64,000 nt of DNA, taken from NCBI RefSeq assembly GCF_001194135.2, contig NC_068992.1, positions 56,849,542 to 56,913,541 on the forward strand, in the 5' to 3' direction. This DNA comes from Octopus bimaculoides. Taxonomy: Eukaryota. Positions 14,148 through 26,310 of the stretch are shown one piece after another. Position 1 is the first letter of the stretch. Each line of letters begins with the position of its first letter. The notes under the pieces are model-generated. The model saw only the letters and a list, made by a program, of their open reading frames with translations. It was not told the DNA's origin and searched no databases. Both the position numbers and the translations under genes were made by a program.

Positions 14148-16018
14148 TCACACGTACACACATATTTCAATAAATATAGACATTTGTATGTATGTGTGCT
14201 TACACGGATATGTATTTAAATGTATGTATAGATAGAAGTGTTGTAAAATTTATTGAATCACCGAGAGACATAGAAACAACGACTTGGAAAGATACAACAA
14301 AATAGTTGAAAGAAACTTGAAAATATAAATATAAGAACAAAATTAACTTTTGACTTAAAAGAAATAATTGTATAATTCAGTTTAAAATATTTTTTTCACA
14401 GCATCAGTAAAACTTGAGAAGGCATAAGGAATCGTTTGAAGATGAATTTCTTATAAAGGGATAAACGTACAGGTTGTTGAAGTGTGACGCACGTGGTATA
14501 GCATATTGTATTTCTTGGATTTTGTCTCAGGTTACTTTTGTGAATAGTTTAGGTAAATCTATATGTGTGAGGAAAATAGAGTCAAGCTTTGCGTTTTACA
14601 GTTCTGCTTGGATTGTTTAGATTAGGTAAGTGGACAAATTTCTTGCTGCTTATTCAGGGATGTTTTGTGTGGTCTGATGATGATGGTTTCTTTGATCTGT
14701 TAGTTACCAACTTCTCTCCCAGCATCTCTGATTTCAGTTACGATGCTCTGTATCATTTATTTAGATGAGATATATGCAAAATATTTTGAGAAGTAGTTCG
14801 CATGAAATAATAACCAATCATCAGGCAGGCCTCACTACTATAACCATACAAGGTAATTTTTCTTTTGCCTTGTTATTCAAAAAGTCACTGAGGTTGCAGT
14901 TTCCCTATGACCGATCTCTATTCTGTCGAAATTTTTACCCAAAGGTAAAGGTTTGGAGTTTTCTTTTGAGGGAAGTAAACTAAAAGATGTACGTTATCTT
15001 TACCATTCATGTATGGTAATTTCAAGATTTGTACGTAATCTTTACCATTCGCCTTTTGTAATTTCAAGATTTAAATGTCTTAAATTCCCAATTCTAAACT
15101 CCTAATTCCCAATTCAAATTTTCTGTTGAATATTTAACAGCTTGGTAATTCAAAGAGGGTTTGTTGCGTAACGTGCTTGACATATTGAATTTTAAATTTT
15201 TGTTTTAGTGTAAAAGGCAGAAATACCTTTCTTCTGTCGAATTCAAGATCTTGGCAAATGCACTTAATATTTTATTTCTCACTTGCATATGGACAGCAAT
15301 TTCTACTACGACAAATAAATGACATTCCCTTTACTGGAATATTCTGCTGTAAAGTGATATTTGTTCATCCGTTGATTTCGATGTGTTATATAGGTTTTTT
15401 TCATAAAAGGAAAGGTAGAATTGCTTCTATAGTTGAATAAATTGATAAACTGCAAACGTTCAGAGCTGAAACTGATACATAGACCTGATATATGAATTTT
15501 ATGGATCACCTACTGATTGTATGCAAGCTCCATATACTATCCTTTTTTGGCAGGCATCTCCCTTTAGATAGCAATTTATTACATATCTATTGTTGCATTT
15601 ACGTTCAATTTGTGGGTTAAGTTTATAGTTCCAGGCTTTATTTAATGTCTTGTGTTTCCTAAACAGCTGTATCTCACTTATACATAAGTTTTATTATTTC
15701 ATGTTATCTATGGAATATACGGGAATGTTTGTGTGTATGCTTGTTTGTGTATGAGCATATTTTCACATAAGCAAACGTCTATAATAGTTACACTCATATA
15801 TTATTCTTATATGCATAGGTAACGTATATGCCTTTTTCGATAAAGGTACGTGCAGCTGTCAAGCAAAGGATAATTACGGTTTCATACTTTATAAAAACCG
15901 ACCACATATTAAAGACCTAGAAAAATTTGAAGACGATCTTATAAAGTTAGTTAAAAATTTAAAATTCAACCACAAATTCAAGTTCCAACACACATTTCAG
16001 ACAGAAAATTCTCAGGAA

Positions 16019-16056
<38 letters not shown>

Positions 16057-16074
16057 GTCTCCTCTTTGTCACTA

Positions 16075-16491
16075 TCTTGGTAGTGTGCACTTGAAAAGAG
16101 GGATCATTATTCATGTTGATACCCAGGTCACGCACTGATTTAGGTTCTAGGATTGTAATCCCTCCTGGGCCAGTGTACCCTGTAAGATTTTCGTTCAGTT
16201 TTGGGTACTGATAGCATGGCTACGACTTTTCGAGCATTAAACTGCATATTATTATCTTCAGCCCATCTGTAAATTGAGTCCAGCTCCTGCTGCAGGCGTG
16301 CGATATCACTAGGGGTTTGGGCAGCTGAAGGTATATCTGAGAGGGCTAGTATGAAAAGCAGTGGTCCCAAGACAGTGCCTTGTGGAACACCACTCACTAT
16401 TTGTATTTCCTTTGAGGTGTCTCCATTGGCCAACACTACCTAACTTCTATCTTTCAGAAAGTAACGTAACCATTCTCCAAGTTTTCCAGCT
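16075..16491 (-). mobile_element. Non-LTR retrotransposon RT fragment (CR1/L2/Jockey-like), decayed
   Basis: Translates AGKLGEWLRYFLKDRS*VVLANG..SGVPQGTVLGPLLFILALSDIP..(YADD region deleted)..LQQELDSIYRWAEDNNMQFN, then SVRDLGINMNND. Confidence 0.85.
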
Positions 16492-17537
16492 ATGACAAAA
16501 TATATATACACTCGTACACCACACATATACATACGTCTGTATGTGTGTGCGGTGTCTGTGTGTGGGTGTGCGTATGTATACACCAGTTACATATGCGATT
16601 GTATAACTAGTTGTTTCTATCATTTATTGAATATTGGACAAATACCATTGTCAAATCGCAGGTCAATTAAATATATCTTAGATTTGTGGTTGTAGGTCTT
16701 TTGGAGTAAACCAGCTCTGATCTACTCATCTAGGCATATCACCACGAAATTTTATTCTTTACATTTTTACTGGTGACACAATATTCTGTCGTACAATATC
16801 TAACATATCCTTCTGTGCTAACGTTCTATCTGTGCAATTTACAGACACTTACCTGGTGTTTAATCGTTAAGTTGAGAAAATCTTGAATAAAACTCCACCC
16901 CCACCATATCCATCCCACTTGTGTCTGGGATTCAGTATTGAGTAGCAAATGATCTGCTAATGTTATGATGAGCAAACAAGTTTCTGCGTACTTGTCACTT
17001 ATGCTTGGTGGCGTTTTACATAAAACGCAAGTGAAAAAAAGCATAAAATAGTAATTAGCTGAATCTTTTCTCGCACTGTATGTTTTAAAGAGACACTACA
17101 GAATTTTCTCTTCTGTAGTAGGGACCGTTTCATTAGAAAATCAATATCAGCAGTTTATGCTAGTTAGCATGTATAAAAACAGCCTTGATACATCGTTTAC
17201 AAGACTCCCATACATACTTTACTGGCGAAATCCAGCAATCACATGCACAAATACCATTTTAAACCGTTTTTTATGTAACGACAGACATTTACCCAGTTTA
17301 GTTCCTTACGTTTCTCATGCGGAAAAACCAAATGATCCAAGTGGAACTCGATAACAATAAGGTATTCGATTTAATAGATTAACACCGGGATGGTTTTAAT
17401 TTTTCATGGCGGACTTCATTAGAACAATTGAGTACATATGTTTATAATACATCGAGCGAGATTTAGAGTGTGCTGTAATATATACAGACATATGCATACG
17501 TATACATACATCCACACAAATATACATATATAGGTAT

Positions 17538-17569
<32 letters not shown>

Positions 17570-17805
17570 GTGTATATAAATATATATATATATAAATGTA
17601 TATATATATGGATATATTACGAAGCGCATATATAGGTGCATAGATATATATATCCTAATGTGTAAAATTTCATTGATTTACGTTTTATTCCGCTGTCTTA
17701 AGTATTACGCAATATATAGTATAAAATATTATATACATTATTATGCACAGAACTCTATCTATGTATACAATGTATGCTTGTATATATATATGTATATATA
17801 TATAC

Positions 17806-17844
<39 letters not shown>

Positions 17845-17873
17845 CACATACATATATATTTATGTGTGTGTGA

Positions 17874-17952
<79 letters not shown>

Positions 17953-18826
17953 TGTGTGTGTGTCTCTGTGTGTATACACAGATACTTACATGTGTCAGTA
18001 GATGCATGTATATATGTGTGAAGAATTTTTTTACGTTTATCTACATTCATTAAAAGAGATGTATCTCTTCCTATTCTGATTCGCCTTTTTGTCATGCCAG
18101 TTTTTTCACAATTTATAATGAATATTTGACGGAAGGATACTTATCGTGTTAAATAGAAACAAAAAAATAACTATGGCAACGAATAAATGAATGAATAAAA
18201 TGTATGATCTGCATAAAAATTAGAACAGCAACAAAACTCGTATGAATGTCTAAATGAATCGATCAGGAAGGTAAAACTGATGAGCTGCATGTTTCTGATT
18301 GATGATTTCAAAGTAACGAATACATTGTCATGCTTCATACCACACATAATCAAATATTAATATAAGCCTTGTATCGCAATATATTTAGAAATATTGCCGT
18401 GGTTTAGATTTTTTCCTTTGGTGTTTTTATTTTGTGAGACAAATCTGACCAACTTTTTTTTTCTCATATTCATTGATCTACAAAAATGAGTGTTATCATT
18501 AAAAACGTTTCGACCGTTTCATCATCAAATACTCAGGCTTTACATCTTGTCACCCTTAATCAACTTTTATATGTTACTGATAAATTCAGCAAAAAACTGA
18601 CAAGTTTCACATTACTACGAGATATTTCACTATTGTGTCCTTGTTTTTTTGATGTTATAGGACAGCAAAATTCGGCGTCAGGAATTTTTCAATAAAAAAG
18701 AAAAACTGAAGATAATCTTGCTTCGATGTTCGTTGACTTACGGATAAGTTATTAACTTTTTCTGACAAATAAATTAGCTTTACATTCTTATGGCTTAGAT
18801 AATATACTGCTCTTTTTTTTATTTAA

Positions 18827-18878
<52 letters not shown>

Positions 18879-18888
18879 NNNNNNNNNN

Positions 18889-19424
18889 AGCAGTGCATGC
18901 CATCAAAGTGACACTGGGGTAAAATATATGAAGCCCAGTTTACCCATCATGACTACCTGTCTGATAAGGGTACAACAGACACATGCGTCACAATCATATG
19001 TGCGTGACATGGTGATCTTATATCAAGATAAACAGTGCATGACCTTGCAGGTGGGGCCCAGTTAGAATTTTCTTCAGGCCGAGTGGCCTCTCCCGCTCAA
19101 AATGTCCCTGAGTAAGAGTTGTTTAAGGATGTTGAACGAAACGCCCATGTTTCAAGAGGTGAATTATCCAAAACCCAAAGAACTCCTCTCAACACATGGC
19201 TATAATGCTCCCCCACTAATTCTGCTCGTTCTCAAAGATGCACATATCATCAGCCACCAAAGTATTGGCTCAGCATGATATGGTCAAACAGCTAACAAGC
19301 AAATGTTTTGTATTGAGCAGAATATTTTGTGTCGCCCATCATTTATACCAAGACAAATTAATGTACATGATAACACTTCCAATCAGTTAAGATCAAAAGC
19401 TACTGCCTGGTATTGCATCTGGGC

Positions 19425-19426
<2 letters not shown>
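18889..19426. mobile_element. Unclassified ~540-bp interspersed-repeat-like segment bracketed by (TTA)n
   Basis: GC-richer non-coding block between (ATT)n at 18828-18878 (then a 10-N gap) and (TTA)n at 19427-19482. Only one copy in this window. Confidence 0.45.
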
Positions 19427-19484
<58 letters not shown>

Positions 19485-20733
19485 GATGATGATTATTATT
19501 ATCATTATTTGATGAAATTTCTCAGCTTATTTTTCTGGTTATGATAGAAATCGTCCGCTTCTTACAGTCAGCCGTCTAAGGTGACATCTGTTTACTGATC
19601 ATGTTTCAAGAAACGTGCGGATTATTATAATGACTAACCTGAAAACTAAGATTCTATTAAATTTCGATTATATTTCATGTTCGTTTCAATAGAACTTTTA
19701 AGAGAATCAGGTGTTATCTAGTTGACAATGTTTTAATTAATATGCGGGAACTACCCGTGAGCACAAATATATGTAGCTCCAGATATTTGGCCATAGTATT
19801 TAAGAGTGCCTTCTGACATTGTTCCCCTAAACTCCGATGTTTATAGGTACAGTTTAGTGGTTGTGCCACGTAAATTTTCTTAGGTTATCATTTATTCAAC
19901 CAACAGCCCAAACATTAACATCCGTGAATATTCTCGGCCATAATGCATGTTTCACTTCTTTAACACGTCAGGACGCGATATGATGGGTATTTAGCTCCTA
20001 TAAGCAAACGTATATTGACACGACGGCTCCCTACGAAACGTTCTCTTTGTTAGCGCCGTCATATAATAGATATCCTCGTTAGTTCGTGTCCGCAGAGAGT
20101 TTTCTTCGTTCACTCATCTTCTTTGTGACTGATCTGCTACAACAGACAACACGCCATTAGATACACCAAGCGCCGCTGACTCCACCTTGAACTTATGGTT
20201 TATTCAAACACCAATTTTTATACCATGATAAGAAATACAAGTACTGAATTAACCTTATTATCGATGCCGATTCTATCTTACGTTTGTGAGTATATAACTT
20301 CAAAAAGTAAAATTATAAAGAAGACAAAGAAATATAATTCTTGAAATTATAGCTATTGTGCAATCATAAAAGATTAATTTACTTCTGAAGTTCTGCTAAT
20401 TACCTTTTATCTGTACCGCTTAGAAAGTATTGTCTTTTTTTTTTTATATACAAGTGACTATTAACTGTTACAAGTTAGGTGCAATGAAGTTAAATTTCTA
20501 TTATGAATAAAATTTATGCAAAAGTTTACTGTAGATATCTATCTCGAATCTCAAGGGAATTTTATCAGAAACAAAAACTTACCATTTTTGCTGTTCTTCA
20601 ATGAACATCAAAAAAATTTCCTTCTGGCATTTAGTTACGACGCTTTACGTTCAAAGTTCAAATCTCGCCGAGATTGAGTTTGCATTTCAACCCAAAGAGT
20701 TATCACATTTAGTACCAATCAAGTACTGAGATA

Positions 20734-21021
20734 TTGTTGTTGTTGGCACTCCGTCGCTTACGACGTCGAGGGTTCCAGTTGATCCGATCAACGGAACAGC
20801 CTGCTCGTGAAATTAACGTACAAGTGGCTGAGCACTCCACAGACACGTGTACCCTTAACGTAGTTCTCCGGGATATTCAGCGTGACACAGTGTGACAAGA
20901 CTGACCCATTGAATTACAGGCACAACAGAAACAAGAAGTAAGAGTGAGAGAAAGTTGTGGTGAAAGAGTACAGTAGTGTTCGCCACCATCCCCTGCTGGA
21001 CCGTCGTGGAGCTTTAGGTAT
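20734..21021 (-). mobile_element. SINE family A, head lost in assembly gap
   Basis: Same tail and body as the other copies; runs into the N gap at 21022. Confidence 0.9.
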
Positions 21022-21697
21022 NNNNNNNNNNNNNNNNNNNNNNNNNNNNNNNNNNNNNNNNNNNNNNNNNNNNNNNNNNNNNNNNNNNNNNNNNNNNNNN
21101 NNNNNNNNNNNNNNNNNNNNNNNNNNNNNNNNNNNNNNNNNNNNNNNNNNNNNNNNNNNNNNNNNNNNNNNNNNNNNNNNNNNNNNNNNNNNNNNNNNNN
21201 NNNNNNNNNNNNNNNNNNNNNNNNNNNNNNNNNNNNNNNNNNNNNNNNNNNNNNNNNNNNNNNNNNNNNNNNNNNNNNNNNNNNNNNNNNNNNNNNNNNN
21301 NNNNNNNNNNNNNNNNNNNNNNNNNNNNNNNNNNNNNNNNNNNNNNNNNNNNNNNNNNNNNNNNNNNNNNNNNNNNNNNNNNNNNNNNNNNNNNNNNNNN
21401 NNNNNNNNNNNNNNNNNNNNNNNNNNNNNNNNNNNNNNNNNNNNNNNNNNNNNNNNNNNNNNNNNNNNNNNNNNNNNNNNNNNNNNNNNNNNNNNNNNNN
21501 NNNNNNNNNNNNNNNNNNNNNNNNNNNNNNNNNNNNNNNNNNNNNNNNNNNNNNNNNNNNNNNNNNNNNNNNNNNNNNNNNNNNNNNNNNNNNNNNNNNN
21601 NNNNNNNNNNNNNNNNNNNNNNNNNNNNNNNNNNNNNNNNNNNNNNNNNNNNNNNNNNNNNNNNNNNNNNNNNNNNNNNNNNNNNNNNNNNNNNNNN

Positions 21698-21740
<43 letters not shown>

Positions 21741-21742
<2 letters not shown>

Positions 21743-21950
21743 GGTGGTGAGCTTGCAGAATCGTTAGCAGTCTGGACGGAATGCTTAGTGGCATTTCAAC
21801 CATTCTGGTTTCTTCAAATTCCACCGAGGTCGACTTTTCCATTCACCTTTTCGGGGTGGATAAATTAAGTATCAATGAAACACTGGGGTCGATGTAATCG
21901 ACTAGTCCCTGTCCCCAACTTTCGTGTCTTGTGCTTTTAGTAAAAAGGAT
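21741..21950 (+). mobile_element. tRNA-derived SINE family B (~200 bp)
   Basis: Head aaggtggtgagcttgcagaatcgttagc, B-box-like ttcaaattcc, body gtcgactt...cctttcgggg...ctggggtcgatgtaatcgac. Further copies at about 7031-7125(+), 13340-13480(-), 22955-23075(+) and 31004-31120(+). Confidence 0.85.
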
Positions 21951-23123
21951 CATTGTAATTAAATCATTTCTGGTGCACACTTTGGGCTGGAGGGATGCAG
22001 ACGGTAAGGAATGAAAGGAGGCCCTTAAAATATGGTGAAAGCTAATGCCCCAGGATTGGATGCCACGTTTTCGAATCACACAATAATTGCATCCACACTA
22101 GCGCCATTTTAGGAATTCTACTTTTTCTTCCTTTTTTTTGTATGTCGTTTTTAATTATTTTTATTACTTTCTTTGGCTTAACGTTGTGTCATTGATATTT
22201 TCGTGCTTGTCTGTCTACTACTCACTTTAAAACATTAATCGTTATTACCGTTCTATTGTTTCTTTCTATTTTTAATGCCGTAGGATATGATAGGAAATAC
22301 ATTGGATGGTGACCCTAGTATGCCTTTCACAGCATAGCTGTTAAGTTTTTGCATAAACGCCTTCGTCGACGCACCTCTAATGGATCGAGCAGTCCTGTAA
22401 AGGTTTCCTCGTTGGTTCGTACCAGCGTAGATATTCGTAATTCACTCAGTCTGAATGTCATCAGCTGATGTGCAGAAACAGACTATGTATAATTAGATAT
22501 ATATCAACAACTGCCATCCCCCATAGGGATTCGTATCTTATTTAAACTGCGATATTTCCCCAAAGAACTACAAGCACTGAATTTACTTTTGATCTATACC
22601 AATAAAATGATTACCCCATATGTTTATTCAGTCAAATAGAGGGAAAATAATTCTTAAAATCTTAAATTATAAATAGCTGTACTGCTGTCATATATGATTC
22701 ATTTACCTAAGTTCTTATAATTAACTTTATCAGTTGCGACTGAAAAGATAAAAACTAATTTTCACTAGAGGTTAATAAGTGCAATAATGTTTACTTTTGA
22801 ATTTTATGAGTAAATTTATTCAAAAGTTTACTGTGGATATTTCTTTGGTTTTCTCAATGGATATTTTTAAGAGCTAGAATAATTTATAGTTCTTGCTGTT
22901 ATTGTTAAGATCTAGAAGAATTTATAGTTGTTGCTGTTGCTCCTTTGACGTTTCTGGATTGGCAGAATCGTTAGAGTGTCGGAATAATTATTCCGATACT
23001 TTTATATGTTCCGATAATTTCCGTTCTCAAGTCGAATACCATCAAAATCGAATTTGCTTTTCAAGGGTCGATAAGTAGATATCAGGAAGTTCTGGAGCTG
23101 ATGTAATTCACTAAGCCTCTCTG

Positions 23124-23176
<53 letters not shown>

Positions 23177-23205
23177 NNNNNNNNNNTATATATATATATA
23201 TATAT

Positions 23206-24074
23206 AAACTCAGTGGTTAAAAAATAAGCATCAGAATTGGGTAAACAACTTTATATCATCCCCATATATTCACACCGTTGAACATAAATAAATGCATATT
23301 AAAATAACAGGGCGTTCAGCACATAAAACCCGAAGGTATAAGAATATACATATATACACATATAAAAACGTGTGAAAAAAACTGTAAAGAACGATGCGCA
23401 TGAAAGCGTATCAGGAAAATATGAATGCATATATAGCAAGGCGACTAAAATATACAGAAAGAACAAAATAGTTAAAGGATTAAAGGTAGAAGGAATCCAG
23501 CATAATGTCCATCGTAAAGCTCAAGGAGGAATTCACGTCTACGGCCAGAATCCATTAACACTTTAAAATACCAAACCGGTAATGCCCTCTTCATCAAGAT
23601 ATTTTTTTCCTGATGAAGGGGCCACTACAGGTTTGATATTTTAAAGTGTTAATGGATTGTGGCAGTGGTTCCTGAAACGGCCGTAGACTTGAATTCTTCC
23701 TTGCAATTTACGATGGACATTGTTCTGGATTCCTTGAATTGAATTCCTCCTTGCATTTTACAATGGACATTGTTCTGGATTCTTTCTACCTTTAATAGTT
23801 TAACTATCTTATTCTTTTTTTCAAATTTGTTGTCGCCTTGCTATATATACATTCATATTTACTTCATGGATTTTCGTCGTACGCATCCTTCCTTACAATT
23901 TTCTACACCCGTTTTTATATGTGTATATATGTATATTTTTATTCCTTCGGGTTTTATGTGCTGAACGTGCTCGTATTTTAATATGTGTTTATATATGTTC
24001 AACCGTGTGAAAATATGGAGATGATATAAAGTTGTTTGCTCAATTCTGATATTTATTTTTTAACCACTGAGTTT
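23206..24074. mobile_element. ~870-bp palindromic (fold-back) element, probably Penelope-like or retrozyme-derived
   Basis: The left arm 23206-23598 is the reverse complement of the right arm 23610-24074 (termini aaactcagtggttaaaaa and tttttaaccactgagttt), roughly 80% identical by eye, with a hammerhead at the apex. No ORF. Confidence 0.8.
23601..23694 (+). ncRNA. Type I hammerhead ribozyme (predicted)
   Basis: CUGAUGA at 23610-23616; 10-bp stem II (23617-23626 with 23664-23673); GAAA at 23674-23677; stem III/loop ACGGCCGU at 23677-23684; GUA cleavage triplet at 23683-23685; stem I of 2 bp, a 3x3 internal loop and 4 bp. Confidence 0.72.
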
Positions 24075-24589
24075 GTCTTTTAGTCTGTTTCTTTTTACTT
24101 GAGCACTTCTATTTGCAGCCCTATATTTATTTTATTTTTTGATTCCTATAATGAGAATCGAAATTTTAAAATTATATATACATATATATATATATATATA
24201 CATACATACATACATACAGTGAAAGGTTTGGCAGTTGCTTCAATATTCGTGTACGCGTGTGTATGTGTGTATGTACACATGTATACCCGTTCGTGAAAAA
24301 TGTCAAAAAAAACTCAATAACCATGGTAATAATTTATTTTAGAATGTTGTATACATGTTTACATATATGTACGAATATATATATGAATCTATCTATTTAT
24401 CTATGTATCTATCTTTTTATCTATCTATCTATCTATATTTCTACGCACGCACATACACACACACGGTTATATTTTTCTTGCAAACTATACAGACCGCATA
24501 GAGGTGCTCAAGTCGCGCCTGAGACGTTAGACAATTATGATAAATGGAATGGAGAAAGTTCAAATCAGCTACACCACAATGAACACATG

Positions 24590-25009
24590 TATACGGATTT
24601 AATTAAGATAAAAATTGGCCAAAAAACATATAGTGATATATTAAAAATACATATTAAAATACATAAATATATGAATATTAAAAATATATATGGACATATA
24701 AATATATGAATAAAGAAACATAATAATAATATAATGAAGTATATGATTGTACGTAAAAACGTTTTAAATAAACAAAAGCATATAGAGAAGAGAAATTAAT
24801 AAGCGTCAAAAAAACCTAAGTTACATATTAAAAGAAATCTTATACTTCATTATATTATTATCATTTTTGTATATTCATATATTTATATGTCCATATATAT
24901 TTTTAATATTGATAAAAAGTTTTATGTCTTTATATGAATTTTTAATATGTATTTTTAACATATCAAAATATACTTTTTTGACAATCTTTATCTTAATTAA
25001 ATCCGTATA
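24590..25009. mobile_element. AT-rich fold-back MITE with ~155-170-bp TIRs
   Basis: Arms 24590-24743 and 24841-25009 (tatacggatttaattaagataaa ... tttatcttaattaaatccgtata), a 97-bp spacer, and TA outside the CGG...CCG termini. Confidence 0.75.
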
Positions 25010-25042
25010 TATATATATATATATATATATATNNNNNNNNNN

Positions 25043-25093
<51 letters not shown>

Positions 25094-25309
25094 AGTGAAA
25101 GGTTTAGCAATTACTTCAAATATTCAGTTGCATTCATCAGGTATTTCGTGGAAGACAGCTAAACAGAAATATAGAAGTAAATGCCAACCTCTTCCTTGTA
25201 CAATTTTAATAAATATGTTGCTCTACTGAGACTTATTCAATGTTTCTTTAATTCAGTTTGAATATCTGTCAGTCTATATACATACATACATACATACATA
25301 CATACATAC

Positions 25310-25909
25310 TATCTCTGTATGCGACATAACGTTGTCGCAAGAACAATATATAAAGCCATTCCGAAAAATGTGTGTCCTGGAATAAATAAAGAGAATCCCT
25401 CTGTTATTATATACATACGCAAATACCAGGATAAGGAACATTCCCATCAAAACATATGTCAAGGTTAAGCATCACAGACCGGATTTTGTTGTTTGGGACA
25501 GACAAGAAAATGTATGTGCACTCATACAGGTCAGATGTCATGCTGACGTGAATATCTATTCGAAAATCAAAGAGGAAGTTAACAATGAACAACTGCTTCA
25601 AACCCTCTAACTTTATATCCAGATTACAAATTTACATTTATACGAATAATAATTGGAGCACTTGGTTTTTTTTTTAAAGTTAATGCCTAACTGGACAGTC
25701 TGGAGTGTGGATAAGAAAAAGAAATCAACCGACTCGTACATTGCAAATACAATCTGTAATTGGAACTGTAAACATGCAAAACTTTGCTGATTTAAAATGT
25801 GACATTCTAAACATTATCTACATTCCAAAGATTGAGTTTTGTATGTTTGTTAGAAACCTGCTCCTTCTTCAGAGGAAGAATTTAAATGAATAAATACAGA
25901 AGAGACATG
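25310..25909 (+). mobile_element. 5'-truncated RLE-type LINE (R4/Dong-like) 3' end
   Basis: With frameshifts, reads MRHNVVARTIYKAI..IPIKTYVKVKHHRPDFVVWDRQENVCALIQVRCHADVNIYSKIKEE..YKFTFIRIIIGALG..LQIQSVIGTV. These are the RH(N/D) and PD-type restriction-like endonuclease motifs, followed by an ~110-bp 3' UTR. Confidence 0.8.
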
Positions 25910-26095
25910 CATACATACATACATACATACATACATACATACATACATACATGCTGTCGAATCGAATACTCTATTTTATGGTCACGAAGCGAACACTTAA
26001 ACCCCCTCCTCCAACAGTGTCTTAGCGTTTACGCTTGTTATTTTCTATACGTGTTTCTTTGTTTTTTCTGATGATCGCTAATGACAGATAATGAC

Positions 26096-26310
26096 ACGGC
26101 GGCTATCTGCAGGTTCGTTAGCATGCTGGGAGAAAAGCTTAGCAATATTTTGTCCGTCTTCACTCTCGGAGTTCATATTCCACCGAGGTCGACTTTACCT
26201 TTCGTCCTTTCGGGTTTGAGAAACTAAACAGCAGTTGAGAACTGGGTTCCATGTAATCGACTTACCCTCTGTCCCGAAATTGCCTGCCTTGTGTCAAACT
26301 TTCAAATCAA
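26096..26310 (+). mobile_element. SINE family B
   Basis: Same head and body motifs as the 21741 copy. Confidence 0.8.

Noticed and set aside
14420-15240. Possible decayed retroelement coding region on the - strand
   Set aside because: The composition is coding-like, but I found no diagnostic RT, endonuclease or GIY-YIG motif, so it is not annotated.
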